Of a stretch of DNA of 64,000 nt, positions 1-12,760 are shown one piece after another. The DNA is from Sphaerodactylus townsendi (Eukaryota): the NCBI RefSeq assembly GCF_021028975.2, contig NC_059432.1, forward strand, positions 31,062,001 through 31,126,000, given 5' to 3'. The notes under the pieces are model-generated. The model made no database searches, was not told the DNA's origin, and saw only the letters and a list, made by a program, of their open reading frames with translations. Made by a program: the position numbers and the translations under genes. Position 1 is the stretch's first letter. The number at the start of each line of letters is the position of its first letter.

Positions 1-461
1 AAATTGCCATTCAGGATTACAAAAAAAGATGTCATTTTTCATGTGCAGTTTCATTCTTTACTGTAATGAGCCCTGTGACTGTGGTATATATTAACTAGAT
101 GACTTCAATCCTTTTCAAATTTTACATCCATGAATTAGGAACCTGGCAACTGTGCATACTGGAAGCACTACCCACGATGCTCCTGAAACTGACTGTCAAC
201 ATTTTGTCACATCAGAGGAATACATTGTTTTATATGCATGTACAACTGTGATCCGGGCAAACCAGAAGCCTGAAACATCTTGTAGTTGATTCACACATAA
301 TGAATTTGTACATGTGAGCAAAATGCATTCTCCCTGTTTACATTAAATGGAAGCTATGAGTATTGGGAGGATTTGTATACAGTTGGGAGGCTGCCAGTAT
401 GCATGGATGTAACATCTGGAAAAGGTGAGAGTACATCATTCCCCTGCCCTCCAGTTTGTCT

Positions 462-602
462 TCACAAAAACCCAGTGTGATAGGTTAGACTGAGAAGGTG
501 TGACTGGCCCAGCATTACCTAGTGGCAACCAGGGCAAAATTGAAATTTAAACCTGTGTCTCCTAGATCCTAGTCTGAAAACCTAACCACTACACTACAGT
601 GG
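462..602 (-). mobile_element. tRNA-derived SINE fragment (squamate CORE/Squam3-like)
   Basis: Reverse-complemented tRNA-like head (ctaaccactacactacagtgg) and the gtgactggccca..attaccta core shared with the other SINE copies in the window. Confidence 0.5.
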
Positions 603-839
603 ATTTAGTGGGATGGCTGCTGCTGAACAATACTAACAAGCAGTGAGGACTAGATGAGATGTGTATGTCATACAATAGTGAGTCAACTGGAAGTTATTTC
701 CAGGGCTGGTCTCAGTGAATCCTCCCTCAAAGTCTGTAAAGGGCCTTCCCCCTGTCTTTTACTGATAGAAACCAAGGCTTGGAGGCTGCCAATACTGTTG
801 TGGTTGCTTAGCAATAGCCACTGAGTATATTCATTTCTT

Positions 840-2580
840 CTAGGGATCCCGGTGTTGATGGGACGGGGTAGATATTGCGGTAGGTGGTGGCCATATGATA
901 GAAGACACACGAGAAATAATCATGCTCAATTGCCTTCTGACCTCCGACCTATCCCGAGAAACGATGGTGGTTGGGATCAGGGATACTCTGCTTCATCTTT
1001 GGTGTTAATTAATGCCAGGTCCATCAATAATAAGACCATGGTGCTTCGGGATTTTCTTGGAGCCCAGCAGGTGGACCTGGCATGTATCACCGAAACCTGG
1101 GTGCGCGAGGGCCTGTTCTCGTCGCCGTCACAGATACACTCCGTATTCAGCTTGACCGAGGCGGATCGGCACTGCTGGTGTTGTTAGATCTCACTGCAGT
1201 GTTTGACGTGGTCGACCACGACCTTTTGGTCCACCGCCTGGCCGCCTCCGGGGCACTGTCCTTCAATGGATAGCCTCGTTCCTCCGGGCCAGATTCAGCA
1301 AGTGAGGTGCGGGGACCAGGCCTCCTGGAAGTGCCCGCTTCAATGCGGTGTACCCCAGGGGGCGTTATTGTCACCACTGCTATTTAATATCTACATGCGA
1401 CCCCTTGCTCAGCTGGTACGGAGTTTTGGGCTGATTTGCCATCAGTACGCTGCTGACATGCAGCTCATTCTGTTGATGGAGGGGGGAGCAGCCGCCGCCC
1501 CTGCGGCTCTACAGCACTGTCTGGAGGCGGTTGCTGGTTGGTTGCGACAGAGCAGGTTAAAACTGAATCCATCGAAGACGGAGATCCTCTGGCTCGGCCG
1601 CGAGGGGGAGGGCGGGACCTTCCAGCCGCCGGTTTGGGAGGGGGCCACATTGGCGCCGACCCTCCGTCCGCAGCCTGGGGTCCACCTGGATTTGTCTCTC
1701 TCTATGGAGACCCAGGTGGCCCATACAACCCGGCTGCTTTTTTCCACCTTCGCCAGGCCCGGCGGTTGGCTCCCTTCCTCTCCCAAGCGGACCTAGCCAC
1801 TGTGATCCATGCAACGGTCATCTCCAGATTAGACTATTGTAACTTGCTCTACGCAGGTCTTTCCCTTGCGTTTGATCCGGAGATTAAAACTGGTTCAGCA
1901 TGCAGCGGCGCGTTTGCTCACAGGCAGCGCCACCTGGGAACATATCCAGCCTGTGCTGCGCCAGCTGCACTGGCTTCCAGTAGAGTTCCGGATCATCTTC
2001 AAGGTGTTGGTGTTGACCTTTAAGGCCTTACGCGGCCTGGGACCATCGTATCTTCGAGACCGCATCACCCCATATGTCCCTACACGGCCTCTCCGATCCG
2101 CGGAGGCCAATTTACTGGTGGTCCCTGGCCCTTCAGTGGTGCGGCTGGCCTCCACACGGGCCAGGACCTTTACGGCCCTGGCCCCGGCCTGGTGGAACGC
2201 TCTTCCACCAGCTGTCCGGGCCCTGCGGGACCTTGGGGAGTTCCGCAGGGCCTGTAAGACGGAGCTGTTCCGCCGGGCCTTTGGAGGAACCAGCCGCTAA
2301 TAATGCCCCCTTTCTTCGGCCCTTGACAACTGGGCCACCTGTCATCCAACAAGACTCGCCATGCCTCCCTCTCTGAGGGGGGAGGGATTTTTATTACTGG
2401 AATGCTGGACGCCACTTTAATTTGTTGAGTTTTATAATTGAAATAGGAAATGAAAACTTTTTATCGCTGCCTTAAATTACTACTTATTTTATACTGTATT
2501 TTATATGTTGTGCACCGCCCAGAGCCCTTCGGGGATGGGGCGGTATATAAGTCCAATAAAATAATAATAAATAATAAATA
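840..2580 (+). mobile_element. L2-clade LINE, internally deleted (EN start joined to RT and 3' end)
   Basis: APE motifs LVLINARSINNK and DLACITETW; RT motifs LLVLLDLTAVFD, GVPQGALLSPLLFNIYM, YAADMQL; L2 C-terminus SRLDYCN and LHWLPVEFRIIFK; 3' stem ccgcccagagcccttcggggatggggcgg followed by an (AAT)n/(AAAT)n tail. Confidence 0.9.
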
Positions 2581-2860
2581 TTGTTTGGCCACTAACCTGG
2601 ATAGCTTTAAAAGGGGCTTGGACAGATTTATGGAGGAGAAGTCGATCTATGGCTACCAATCTTGATCTTCTTTGATCTGAGATTGCAAATGCCTTAGCAG
2701 ACCAGGTGCTCGGCAGCAGCAGCAGCAGAAGGCCATTGTTTTCACATCCTGCATGTGAGCTCCCAAAGGCACCTGGTGGGCCACTGCAAGTAGCAGAGAG
2801 CTGGACTAGATGGACTCTGGTCTGATCCAGCAGGCTCTTTCTCATGTTCTTATGTTCTTA
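2581..2860 (+). mobile_element. CR1 LINE 3' fragment
   Basis: ORF2 end ATNLDSFKRGLDRFMEEKSIYGY, ctggactagatgga 3' motif and (TTCTTATG)n tail. Confidence 0.85.
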
Positions 2861-3082
2861 TTGATTCCCCACCCTGGGACACGGCCAATATATACCCCAC
2901 TAAACTTTCCCTTCTCTCTGGACACAGTGTGTAACAGACTTCTCTCTGTGATACATCTCTGAAGATGCCAGCCATAGATGCAGGCGAAATGCTAGGAACA
3001 AGATCTACAAGACCATGGCCAAACAGGCCGGAAAACCCACCGCAACCAGTTGAATCCAGCTGTAAAAGCCTTCAACAATACA
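2861..3082 (+). mobile_element. Penelope-like element pLTR/3' end with degenerate hammerhead motif
   Basis: ctgaagatgccagccatagatgcaggcgaaatgctagg at about 2959-2996; same sequence as the palindromic copies elsewhere in the window. Confidence 0.75.
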
Positions 3083-3171
3083 AATATAAATATGTTGATA
3101 GCTATAGTCTTCTGAGGAAATCATTCCATTGATGTCACCAGGAGCATGATATGATTTAGAAATCTCCACCT

Positions 3172-3411
3172 ATAGGTCTCCCACTATGATTCCTTTTAGG
3201 GTTCCATTCTCCAGGTGGGGCCCAGAATTCTCCTGGAATTACAACTGATCTCCAGACTACCAATCAGTTCCCCTAAAGGAAATGGCAGATTCAGTGGGAG
3301 GACTCTATGGCATCTTATCCCCACTGAGCTACCTCCCTTTCCCAAACTCTGCCTTCTCAGTCCCTCCATCCAAATCTCCATGAATTTTCCAGGTCAAAAT
3401 TGACAACCTTA
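3172..3411. mobile_element. Non-autonomous hAT-like DNA transposon (degenerate)
   Basis: Degenerate TAGGGTTGCCA-type ends (right end tgacaacctta); related inverted copy at about 19340-19510. Confidence 0.45.
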
Positions 3412-4355
3412 ATTCCGTCAATTTTGGCCTCTTTATCACTTTTTGCCTGGTAGTAGCCAGACCTCATGGTTAGAAATGATTATCATTCTGACACTGATTA
3501 ATTTTGTTTTAAATAGTTAGTTAAATAGCTATTTGACTGTGCTACAGATCTCACCATGACATATTTCTGAAAATGCTAGCCATGGATTTAGGCAAAACAT
3601 TAAAAACAAAAAAAACCTCCAAACAAACTACCAGACTGTGGCCATGCAGCCTCACAAAACCACAACATCCAGTTATTTAAATTATTTGCCACCTGCTTTT
3701 CCGAGGACTAAGAGCCTCATCCAAAGTGGGAGGGGCAAATTCACCCATGGGAACAGTGGGATAGCTGCGCCAACAGATTTTCCCATTCTGGAGCATTTAT
3801 CTTGGTAGAGGGGTGAAACCGCTGCCGTATGGCCACTGCTGCCCTCCTTTGGTGGTGGGACATAGTGTAGGATGCTGTGGCAGCATCTTTGTGCCTCTGC
3901 TGCTGCTGGTGTAGTGGGATGGGATCGGGCCAAGGGAGGAGCTGAGATTAGTTGGTTTCCTCTTTTCCAGCATTTCTCCAGTGTGCTGCAATCCAGACTT
4001 TTGAGTAAATATATAAGCCAGTGTTGAGCAAATATATAACAAGTAATCAGTGGTGATAAAAACATAAGTTAATGCATAAGCATAATCAATATACAGGATA
4101 CACAATATGGCAACAGAAGTATAGGGCCAGAACAGTTGTGCATCCTTTAAGAATAGTATAGCTTCAGCATCATAAGCTCAGATCAATCATCATAAAAGTC
4201 TTATTCATTTCCACACAGAGAGCTGGTCTTTTCCTGTGGAAACTTGAATGCAGTTATACTCAAAGGTGTCAGGAGATGAAGGAATTTAAAGGTGAGCAGC
4301 AAAACAGGTTGTATATGTTCGAATAGGCAATAAGACATGTTCTGTTCGGGCAATT

Positions 4356-4510
4356 AGATTCAAGTCTAATAGCACCTTAGAGACGAACAAGAATTTCAGA
4401 GTATGAGCTTTTGAGAGTCAAAAACGATATACTCTGAAAGTCCTGTTTGTCTCTGAGGTGCTACTGGGTCCAAATCTATCTGTTTTACTGCAGACTCACA
4501 CTGCAACCCT
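4356..4510. mobile_element. Palindromic remnant of a second Penelope-like family
   Basis: Inverted arms tagcaccttagagacgaacaag and ctgtttgtctctgaggtgcta; related remnants at about 10753-10903 and 11690-11820. Confidence 0.5.
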
Positions 4511-7244
4511 AACGGTTCTAGCAGAAGCTTCAGAATGGTTTGTAAAGACTTCTCAGTTTGGAAACTCCAGTCTCACGTGTTCAGAGTAATCCTTGTGTCA
4601 GAAATAAAAACTGCGTTCAAGTGTCTATGTAGGTTTACCTGTTCCTCCTCCTTCAGGAGACTGGGACCTGGTTTAAATATTTGAATATTATATCCCACTC
4701 ACACACCTTGGTTAATGAGAAACAGTTTTAAATGAAAGATAGGCCTGGATGCTATAACACTTAAAGCTGCTGTTTCCCAACTTCAAGATATTAATACAAA
4801 AGCCCAAAATCTTATGGTGCAGGGATGATCCTACAAGATGGTGTTACACACTGTTGACCAATTTCATAGGCAAAGTGTACTGATGACTGGAAATATTGCT
4901 CCTAGCATATCACAAAAGCTGAAACTGGTCTGTTGGGTGGAAATTTCTGGAACCCATGATAGCCTATTGCAATTGATGCCAATTTTCTTGTAACCAGTAT
5001 TTCTTGTGAAGATTTCAGAGCCATTCCTTTTTCACAGAAGGTGATTTTAATGAAGGCATCAGGCCAGATGGGCCACATCAAGATAGTCACCATCTCAGTT
5101 CAGCAGTGATCTAAGCCAAGTGGTTCAGTAGAGTGTCTTTAGTACAGCAGATCAGCTGATATTAATAGGCATTCAGCTAGGCAGAAATCTAATAGAAATC
5201 TCTTCTCAGGTCAAACACCTGCCTCTAAATAGCCAGCCAATTTGCACTCCATAAGCATTAAAGCTGTTGGGTCTAGCATGCCGTGCTTCATACAGGTATC
5301 TCAATCCAAAAGGGGAAGGAATAGAGCACCAGCTGGGGACATCGTTGCAGCACTGCATCCAAGGGGGGAATTGATGGCATGGGAATCAGAGGCAGGGCCG
5401 AAGTGACGGGGAACTGCGCCTGGGGCACACGTGTGCCCTGCGCCTCTGGCCTGCCCCCGGAGTGCCCCTGCACCAATGCACATCTAGTGTGTGCCCACCC
5501 CCCCACCCCCTTGGCGCCCCACCACTGACCAGAGGAGAGGAAGAAAACACTCACTTCTGTTTGGGTAGCCCACTCTCCTGAACAACCTATGCCACTCTTT
5601 TTGCATGCCAGAAGTCCGTTCTGCATGGGCTGAAGAAGTGGCTGCACACCAGCATAATTTATGCCAGTGGAGCCTTGGGACTGCTCGTACGGTCCCCTCT
5701 TTTTTGGCTTCCCCACTTACCTTTCGTCCTGGAGAGGCATGCCCACACTGCCCTCCAACCACCAGGGGTAAAAGGGCAGCGGGGTGTGTGTGTGTGTGCC
5801 CTCTCATTCCTACAGATCTACCCAGGGACAGGAGGTAAGTGAGGGAAAAACCAGAGGCACCTAAAAGTGGTGCTTCCACCCTGGTGCCATTTGCATGGTG
5901 CTGGCTGGGAAACGCTGTTTCCCCAAAAACTCACTCTTTGAGCAAGTTTTGAAATAGCATTTCCCCACCAGTTGTGGGGGAAAAGCATGGCGCTACTTTG
6001 CTTCAGAGGTGGCAGCCATTCGAACAGTGCCCCAAGGACAGTGTTTTTACCATCCCTGGGGCACTGTTGTTGGCCCTTGCAGAATGGGCCTACGTCTACA
6101 CTGCCAGAAGGGTTGTTTCAGGGCCAAAAGTGCATTGGGAATGCCCCCTGGAACACCAAGCAGGGCTCAGCTTCTGAGCTTGAGTGTTATGGCAGCTGAC
6201 TGCTGGGGTAAGTCCCTCAACACTGGTGTCCATGACACTCTGTGCAGCAGTGGTGACACAGATGCCAGCACAACCCTTCCACCACTTTCAATGTGTCTCT
6301 AGCCCCCCCCCCCTTTCTTTGGATTGCACAGTTATTTGTCATACTTGAGTTGCTCTCTTGCAGAGAGGCAGAGTGGCATATATTAAATACTTTTGTTTTA
6401 CTCTCACAACACCAAATAGATATTGGCTGACAAAAGGAGATATCTCCAAAGGGCCCAAACCTTGAGCTTACAGTTCAAGAGCTGATTTGAATACAGATTT
6501 CTCTATCCCAAATTTCACATTCTGTCAGTTAATATCATCACGTACCAATCAGAATGTCTAAACTAACCTGCATGTTTATAATAGCAATGCAATATCCCTC
6601 TATTTTCCACACAGTACCATTGCCTTCAATTCTGTGTCTCAGTGGGTAGAGAGAGTATAAGCACTAGAAAGAAGATTGCTGAGTCTTATAATTTATTGAA
6701 TTAAACAGCATGTATTTGTTTATGGAGAGAAAGAGTGTGAGCATAGTTTTCTGCCAAGAATAAATTAGTTTTATTTAGTGACAATAGCCCTCTGCTGAAG
6801 CATACGAATTGTTTATGGGAGAGTTCCTGATCTGCATATAATTAATTATTTTAATGATTTAATTTCAGTCCCCCCCCTTTTTTTTTCTTTTTTTTTGCTT
6901 TGAGAAGAAAATAACTTTCTCAGTGATCCACAGCAGGAAGAAATCAACAGTTAAGAATGGTTTCATGTGTGATACAGTTGCTAAAGGACGGGAGGGGGAA
7001 CTGCACGCTCAAACCATTGCACAGGATTCTCTTTTCTTAAAGTTCCATTGACTTTGTTATTTTTGTATGCAGTGTTCTTTTTAAAAAATCACAAAAGAAT
7101 AAAAGTAGTAATATCTAGCTGTGCGTGTGTGCGCATGTGAGTATACATATATCGATATATATCCTTATACATAATTCCCTAAAGGATGGAATGTCTGACA
7201 ACAAACCCCAGCCCATGGGTGTGCAGGACTCACTCCCCCCCCCA

Positions 7245-7352
7245 CACTGCTTCTGCCATCCCACCACCACTTTTCCCACCCCACCGCTGCTTCTGCCATC
7301 CTCAGCCACTTCTGCCTCCCCCACCACTTCTGCCACCCCCACTGCTTCTGCC
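7245..7352. repeat. Degenerate 15-18 bp minisatellite (ccactgcttctgccaccc)n
   Basis: About six imperfect copies visible; explains the low-complexity ORFs at 7115-7545. Confidence 0.75.
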
Positions 7353-8583
7353 ATTTCCCAAGCAGTTTTCAACATTTACCAACACCAGTGGAGGGGTAGG
7401 TGAAGTAGCAGAAGCCCATTGCAGGGGAAAATGCTTGCTCGCCCCATCCTCTTTTCTAGAGATCGCTGCATCCCCCCACAATGAGCTTTATGGCATATGT
7501 GTGTATGTGTGTGTGGACAGACAGACAGACAGACATGTCTGGTAACCTCTGGGAACTTTAGGCAAGTGGGTACCAGAAACAGTGTTTTCTGTTCTTCCAT
7601 GATGATGCCACTTCTGGTGCAATTCAGAAACACCGGCATTGCACTGGAGTGGGGGGAATGGTCAGGCACTTGCCCAAAATCTGTATGGTTTCTTAAAAGT
7701 TTTGGGGAGAGTTATAGAGCATTCCCCTGGTACAATACTGGCACTGTTGTGTCTTGTCAGAAGTGGTATCATTGCACAGGGATGGAGATCATTCCTACTC
7801 TTTCAGCTGTTTTGCTTCTGTTCACGGGCCAAAAGAGGGGGAGCAATCTGTGTTCATATGTGATGATGTCACTTCTGGTGAAGGAGTTTGGATGAGCAGC
7901 AGCAGGAAGCACTGGGAGATCGTCTGCCATTAGCAGGCACTTGGGAACTCTCAGGGACATCGATGTTTTAGTGCCTGCAACAGAAAGGGTAACAAAAGCT
8001 TGCCCCAGGCCTCAAAGTAGTTGGCAGACATATTCCAAAGATGCCCCTCTCCTATATTAATTATCACCCTGATAACTCATATCTTCTTGCAAAAGGAGTA
8101 ATATAAAGCATAATATGTAACATGGCACAATTAATGCTTTTATTCTGAGTTCATTTTAAAAGACCATAAATATCATGAACTATAAATCACATTTATTCAG
8201 TTACAAATATGAGCAATCAAAAAGCAGGATTTTGTACTTTCTATAGGCTGTTTCTGATCCAATTTCTTAGACAGTGAAAAACACAAACATCACTCCTGTC
8301 CAAATGCATGACCTGTATATTTCACTGCCCATATCACAATTTAACCAATGCTTTGGGCAAATAACCCATACTAAAGGTTTACCTTTCATCCTGCAAAAAT
8401 TGTAATTCCTGAATGTCCAGAAAAAGGACAGGAAGAATAATCAACAGAAAAGAATAGAAAGAACTGGTGTTCCCCTGCAGGGCTACTATATGTATAAGTC
8501 TCTCATAAACATCACTTTTCATTTCCTCCTTTCCCCCATTCTCAATGCAGATTTTCTGTTTGCAAATGAACTAGGAACTTTTA

Positions 8584-8844
8584 ATGTATTGTTGAAGGCT
8601 TTCACGGCTGGCCGGATTCAACTGGTTATTGAGGGTTTTCCAGGATGTGAGGCTGGCATCTTCAGAGGTGTATCACAGAGGGAAGTCTGTTACAGAGGGC
8701 AGTCTGTTACTGGACACAGTGTGTAACAGACTTCCCTCTGTGATACACCTCTGAAGATGTTAGCCACAGATGCAGGGGAAACATTGGGAACAAGATCTAC
8801 CAGACCATGGCCACACAGACTGGAAAACCCACAACAACCAGTTG
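8584..8844. mobile_element. Palindromic (inverted pLTR) Penelope insertion
   Basis: Inverted arms; 10-bp TSD ggaactttta at 8574-8583 and 8845-8854. Confidence 0.85.
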
Positions 8845-10804
8845 GGAACTTTTATTTCACATGTCCTGAGACAAGGAAATAGTTTCTTGTCTACATGACA
8901 AATCAGGAGCAAACCAGACCAAATTCAGCATCCTGCCTCCAGCAATAGCCAGCTATTGATTTTTTTTTTTTGGGGGGGGGGGGGGGGAAAGGATAATAAT
9001 AAACAATTGGCGAAATCAATTAATAGAGTGCCATTCTTCCATACATTTTCCCTTTTCTCTCTAGTTATGAAATACACAGGACCCCATCATCATTTCTGCT
9101 ATCTTAAGAGTACTGCCAAAAAGAGAACACATATTCCTGTGATGATTATGGCTAAGGGAATGGTTTACTCTTGTCCAGTTACTGCCTGAGGTGTTACTGT
9201 GGTATGAGGAAGTGCAACTATGTGTTATGATCAAGAGTTTTAAACTACTGTCACATTAAGAATGAAAATGAAATCACAATTTCAATAGACAAGGGCATCT
9301 ACGAACAATACTTGTTATGTAGTGAACTGCTTTTTGTCACTCTACTCAGAAAAGTATAAAATCTCTTTCTCCCCCCACCCACCCCCACGCAGAAGTCTTT
9401 CTCCAGCTTAAGTTGTTCTCCCTCTGGCAGAAGAGCTTCTAAAGTTGGAGGAAGGTGTCAAACTTCTCTGAGCTGAGAGACAGGAAACAGCACAGTGACT
9501 TTACCCCAGGATCAGGCCACAAACTGTCAGGTACCATTGAACCTGCAAATAGGACCTGAATTTAGCTTTTGCATATCCTTCCTGAGAAAAAGCACTGATC
9601 CTTTTCAAATAAGCCTCTTACTGAAAGTAGAGGCTCCTTTGTTATATTGGTGATCTCTTGCCTTGTCTGGTTTTATTGTGTGTTTGGAAGATGCATTTCT
9701 TTTTCAATCAGTGTCATTGTACTTCATAAGAAAGGAAATGACATATCTTCAAAGTCCAACAACAATCTTATTTTCCTGCATGAGAAACAGTCAACATTCA
9801 TTCTTCCTTGATTGCTGATGAAATTTTGATTTGTGAAACACACTGGTCCATAAAACAGCATTATAGAAGGAAATGAGTTGGGCTCCAAAAAGTGAACAGC
9901 ACAGTCATATGCTAAGGTAATCAACAATAAGTACTGTACACCATGCCATCACAGAGGTCTCTGCTTATTCAAGCTGTGGCTGATGTCGATGGTAATTACC
10001 TTTCCTAGGAAAGGTGGTAAATGCAAGTTAATACATTTGGCTGGAGTAAGTGTTGTAAATGAGATTGCTTGTAGGCAGTTACTCTTTATTGGAAACATCT
10101 ATATAAGAACATGATTAAAACATTTGAGTGAGAGAAGCTGATGTAAGATACTTATATTAAAAAAGGAAGGGAGAAATAAATTAGTGAAAAGTCACTTGTA
10201 TGGCTAGGGATCAATGTCATTTTACTCTATGTTAAATACTGAGATGACATAACTTTTAATGACATTGATGGGACAATAGTTGATGTAGTATAAAGAAGCC
10301 TCATGTGTTCAATAACAGCTTTGAATGTTTCCCTTAGTATAAATCATCAGCCAGATTTATGTCATGATGAACAAGCAATCTTAAGTTGCACACACCATTT
10401 GGTGTAAGAAGGGCCTCTTAGCTCCATTAACAAATACTCTTCTCCAAGGCCATTTCCACACACCACAATTATACTGGGTTAGAACTGGTATCTTACAAAC
10501 CGGGTCTAATTTATCCTCGTTTCTCCCTCCACACAGCTGTCCATTTCTTCCCAGGAGCCATGTTAGGACCGGGAGGAAATACTCCAGTTTGTTCTGCACA
10601 AGTCCGCGTCTTTTGTATTTACACTGCAGGTACATCCCTGCATGCACAATCATGACCCTCGTAGGAAACAGTACAAAGTGGGACAGAAAACTTAATTCCA
10701 CTTTTGGCCAATTAGCTAGGAAGGTTCTCAGATCAGTGGCAAAAAAAATTATTAGGAGTCATGTGGTACCTTAATGGCTAACAATAAACAAATGGTTAGT
10801 GTCA

Positions 10805-10879
10805 ATTGGCCATATTGGCAGGGGCTGATAGGAATTGTCGTTCATGAACATCTGGAGTGCCATAGGTTCGCCACCACAG
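10805..10879. mobile_element. Half of the hAT MITE (full copy at 58074), lying inside a Penelope family-2 palindrome
   Basis: aattggccatattggcaggggctgataggaattgtcg...ataggttcgccaccacag matches the right half of 58074-58221. Confidence 0.7.
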
Positions 10880-11861
10880 GCTTAAGGTGTCACATGACTC
10901 TTAATTATTATTGCTATTGATTGTCAGCCACCATAACAACTAAAAGAAAGCTGCCACCCTTTTGTTCTTAGGCTGTGTTAATATTTCTTTGATTGAATGG
11001 AACTCAGATACAGACACACACAGGTTTGAAACCTGTTTCTGTGCTTTATTCTCCTTTCTTTTTTGCTGACTATAAGCTCTCCAAAAGGGGAAAGGTGGCA
11101 TATATGTCGACCTAGAGCGGTGAGGCAGGAAAAATAAACAAGTTCTGTTCCCATGGTGTTTTCATAGCAGCGGGGTCACCCCAGTATATTTTAAAATAAT
11201 TGATTTTTGAAAATCCCAGGACAAGGGAAATTGCACAGGGCAGCACTGGGGCAGGTCCACTTTAGCACTGGGAACCTTGCAAAAAACTTGCATGAACTGG
11301 CATATTTTACTTGTCCATCCCAGGATATTTGGACCATGTAGAAATGGCCCAAGAGGAGGGTGACCATCTATCTTGCCTGAGTAGGGCCAGGAACTGTCCA
11401 CGAGGTGGTTACCATTCTGAAACAAGTCAAAATCCAGTAACATGGCATAAATTCATTCCTCCATTTCTTTGTGAAAATGATCTCTTTGTCAGTAAACCCT
11501 CATTCTTCTGAATGATGCACCTATTTTTGCTGATTCCTTGTCTGGAATCTCTGTCTTTTTTCAGAAGCCTCAACCCCCCCCCCCCTTTTGATTTTTGGTA
11601 TATATAAAATTTCATAGACTGAGGTCATTTCATCATGAATTTAAGCCTGTAATTTCCATTGATAAGGTCTGTGAGCACTGGTATGGCTCACATAAGCTTT
11701 CATGGGCTAGAACCCACTTTATCAAACCCACAAAAGTTTACATTTCAGTAAATCTGCTTTTCCGCCATTAGAGCTACAAGACTGTTTTTGTGTTTTCTAC
11801 AACAGATGACCCAACTACCATGTGGAATTTATATTGTGACTATAGTTATTAGAGTATTGTG

Positions 11862-12056
11862 AGTATAGTGATTAGAGTACTGGAAAAAGATCTGAAAGAC
11901 TTTGGTTTGAATCCCGATTCTGCTATGAACGCTTGGTGGGCAACATTGGCCAGTCACACTGTCTCAGCATAGCCTACTTAACAGGACTGTTGTTAGGATA
12001 AAATGGAGGCAAGGAGACAGGTGTAAACTGGTTTGAGTTCCCATTGGGAGGGGAAA
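11862..12056 (+). mobile_element. Old tRNA-derived SINE
   Basis: Degenerate A/B boxes (gtatagtgattagagt, ggtttgaatccc) followed by the SINE core. Confidence 0.5.
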
Positions 12057-12171
12057 AGACCTCCACTACAAAAAGGGCTAGAGACTTTTTTAAAAGGGAA
12101 AGTTGGGAATTCAGAGAACAGAAACAGAGATCATTAAAGCAGTATAGCAATATAATGATATAATTACAAGA

Positions 12172-12760
12172 GCCAGCATGGTGTAGCGATTAAGAGCAGT
12201 GGACTCTAATCTGGTGAACTGGATTTGTTTTTCCACTCCCACACATGAAGGCTGCTGGGTGATCTTGGGCTAATCACAGTTCTTTCAGAACTCTCTCAGC
12301 CCCATCTATCTCACAAGATATCTGTCATGGAGAGAGGAAGGGAATGAGTTTGTAAGCTGCTTTCAGCCCAATTCAGAGGGTTTCCAGGCGACATGGGGAA
12401 ACAGTGAAAAGCTGAAAATCCAACATCTTGAAAGCACTCCACAGGGCTCAAAGGAATTACACAACCCAAATGGGTGGCCTAAGTCTGTCAACCATCCCAC
12501 CAGCATTCATGGGGCCAAAGCCTGGTGAAAACCAACTAGCTTTAGCTCCTCCTCTGGGAATGCCCCTGGAATGCCCCCACCTCTGTCGGCCTCCCTGTTT
12601 ACTCTCCCCACCAAGCATAAGTACCACATGGTAGCATGGATGGCAAACACATGGGCATGAGTCCATGCCACCTTTTGAGTCTGTTCCACCCCACCCCTTT
12701 GGATTGGGCTGGCCAAGCCTCTTTGTGGCTGAGAAAAGTGGGGTATAAATCTAAACTCTT
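12172..12760 (+). mobile_element. tRNA-derived SINE (Squam3-like) interrupted by a MITE
   Basis: Head gccagcatggtgtagcgattaagagc; body resumes after 12711 with gagaaaagtggggtataaatctaaactctt. Confidence 0.7.
12364..12711. mobile_element. MITE with CAGCCCAAT(C/T)C TIRs (Tc1/mariner-like)
   Basis: cagcccaattc at 12364-12374 and ggattgggctg at 12701-12711; related element at about 20821-21578. Confidence 0.6.

Noticed and set aside
7115-7545. Pro/Ala/Thr-rich ORFs
   Set aside because: Translation of a C-rich minisatellite.
11311-11416. Possible further minus-strand exon (NGNHLVDSSWPYSGKIDGHPPLGPFLHG...)
   Set aside because: Weak donor, and the 3' half overlaps a Harbinger-type TIR-like sequence (ccatgtagaaatggcc).
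12172-12245. tRNA gene
   Set aside because: SINE head with degenerate A/B boxes and no cloverleaf; it continues into a SINE body.
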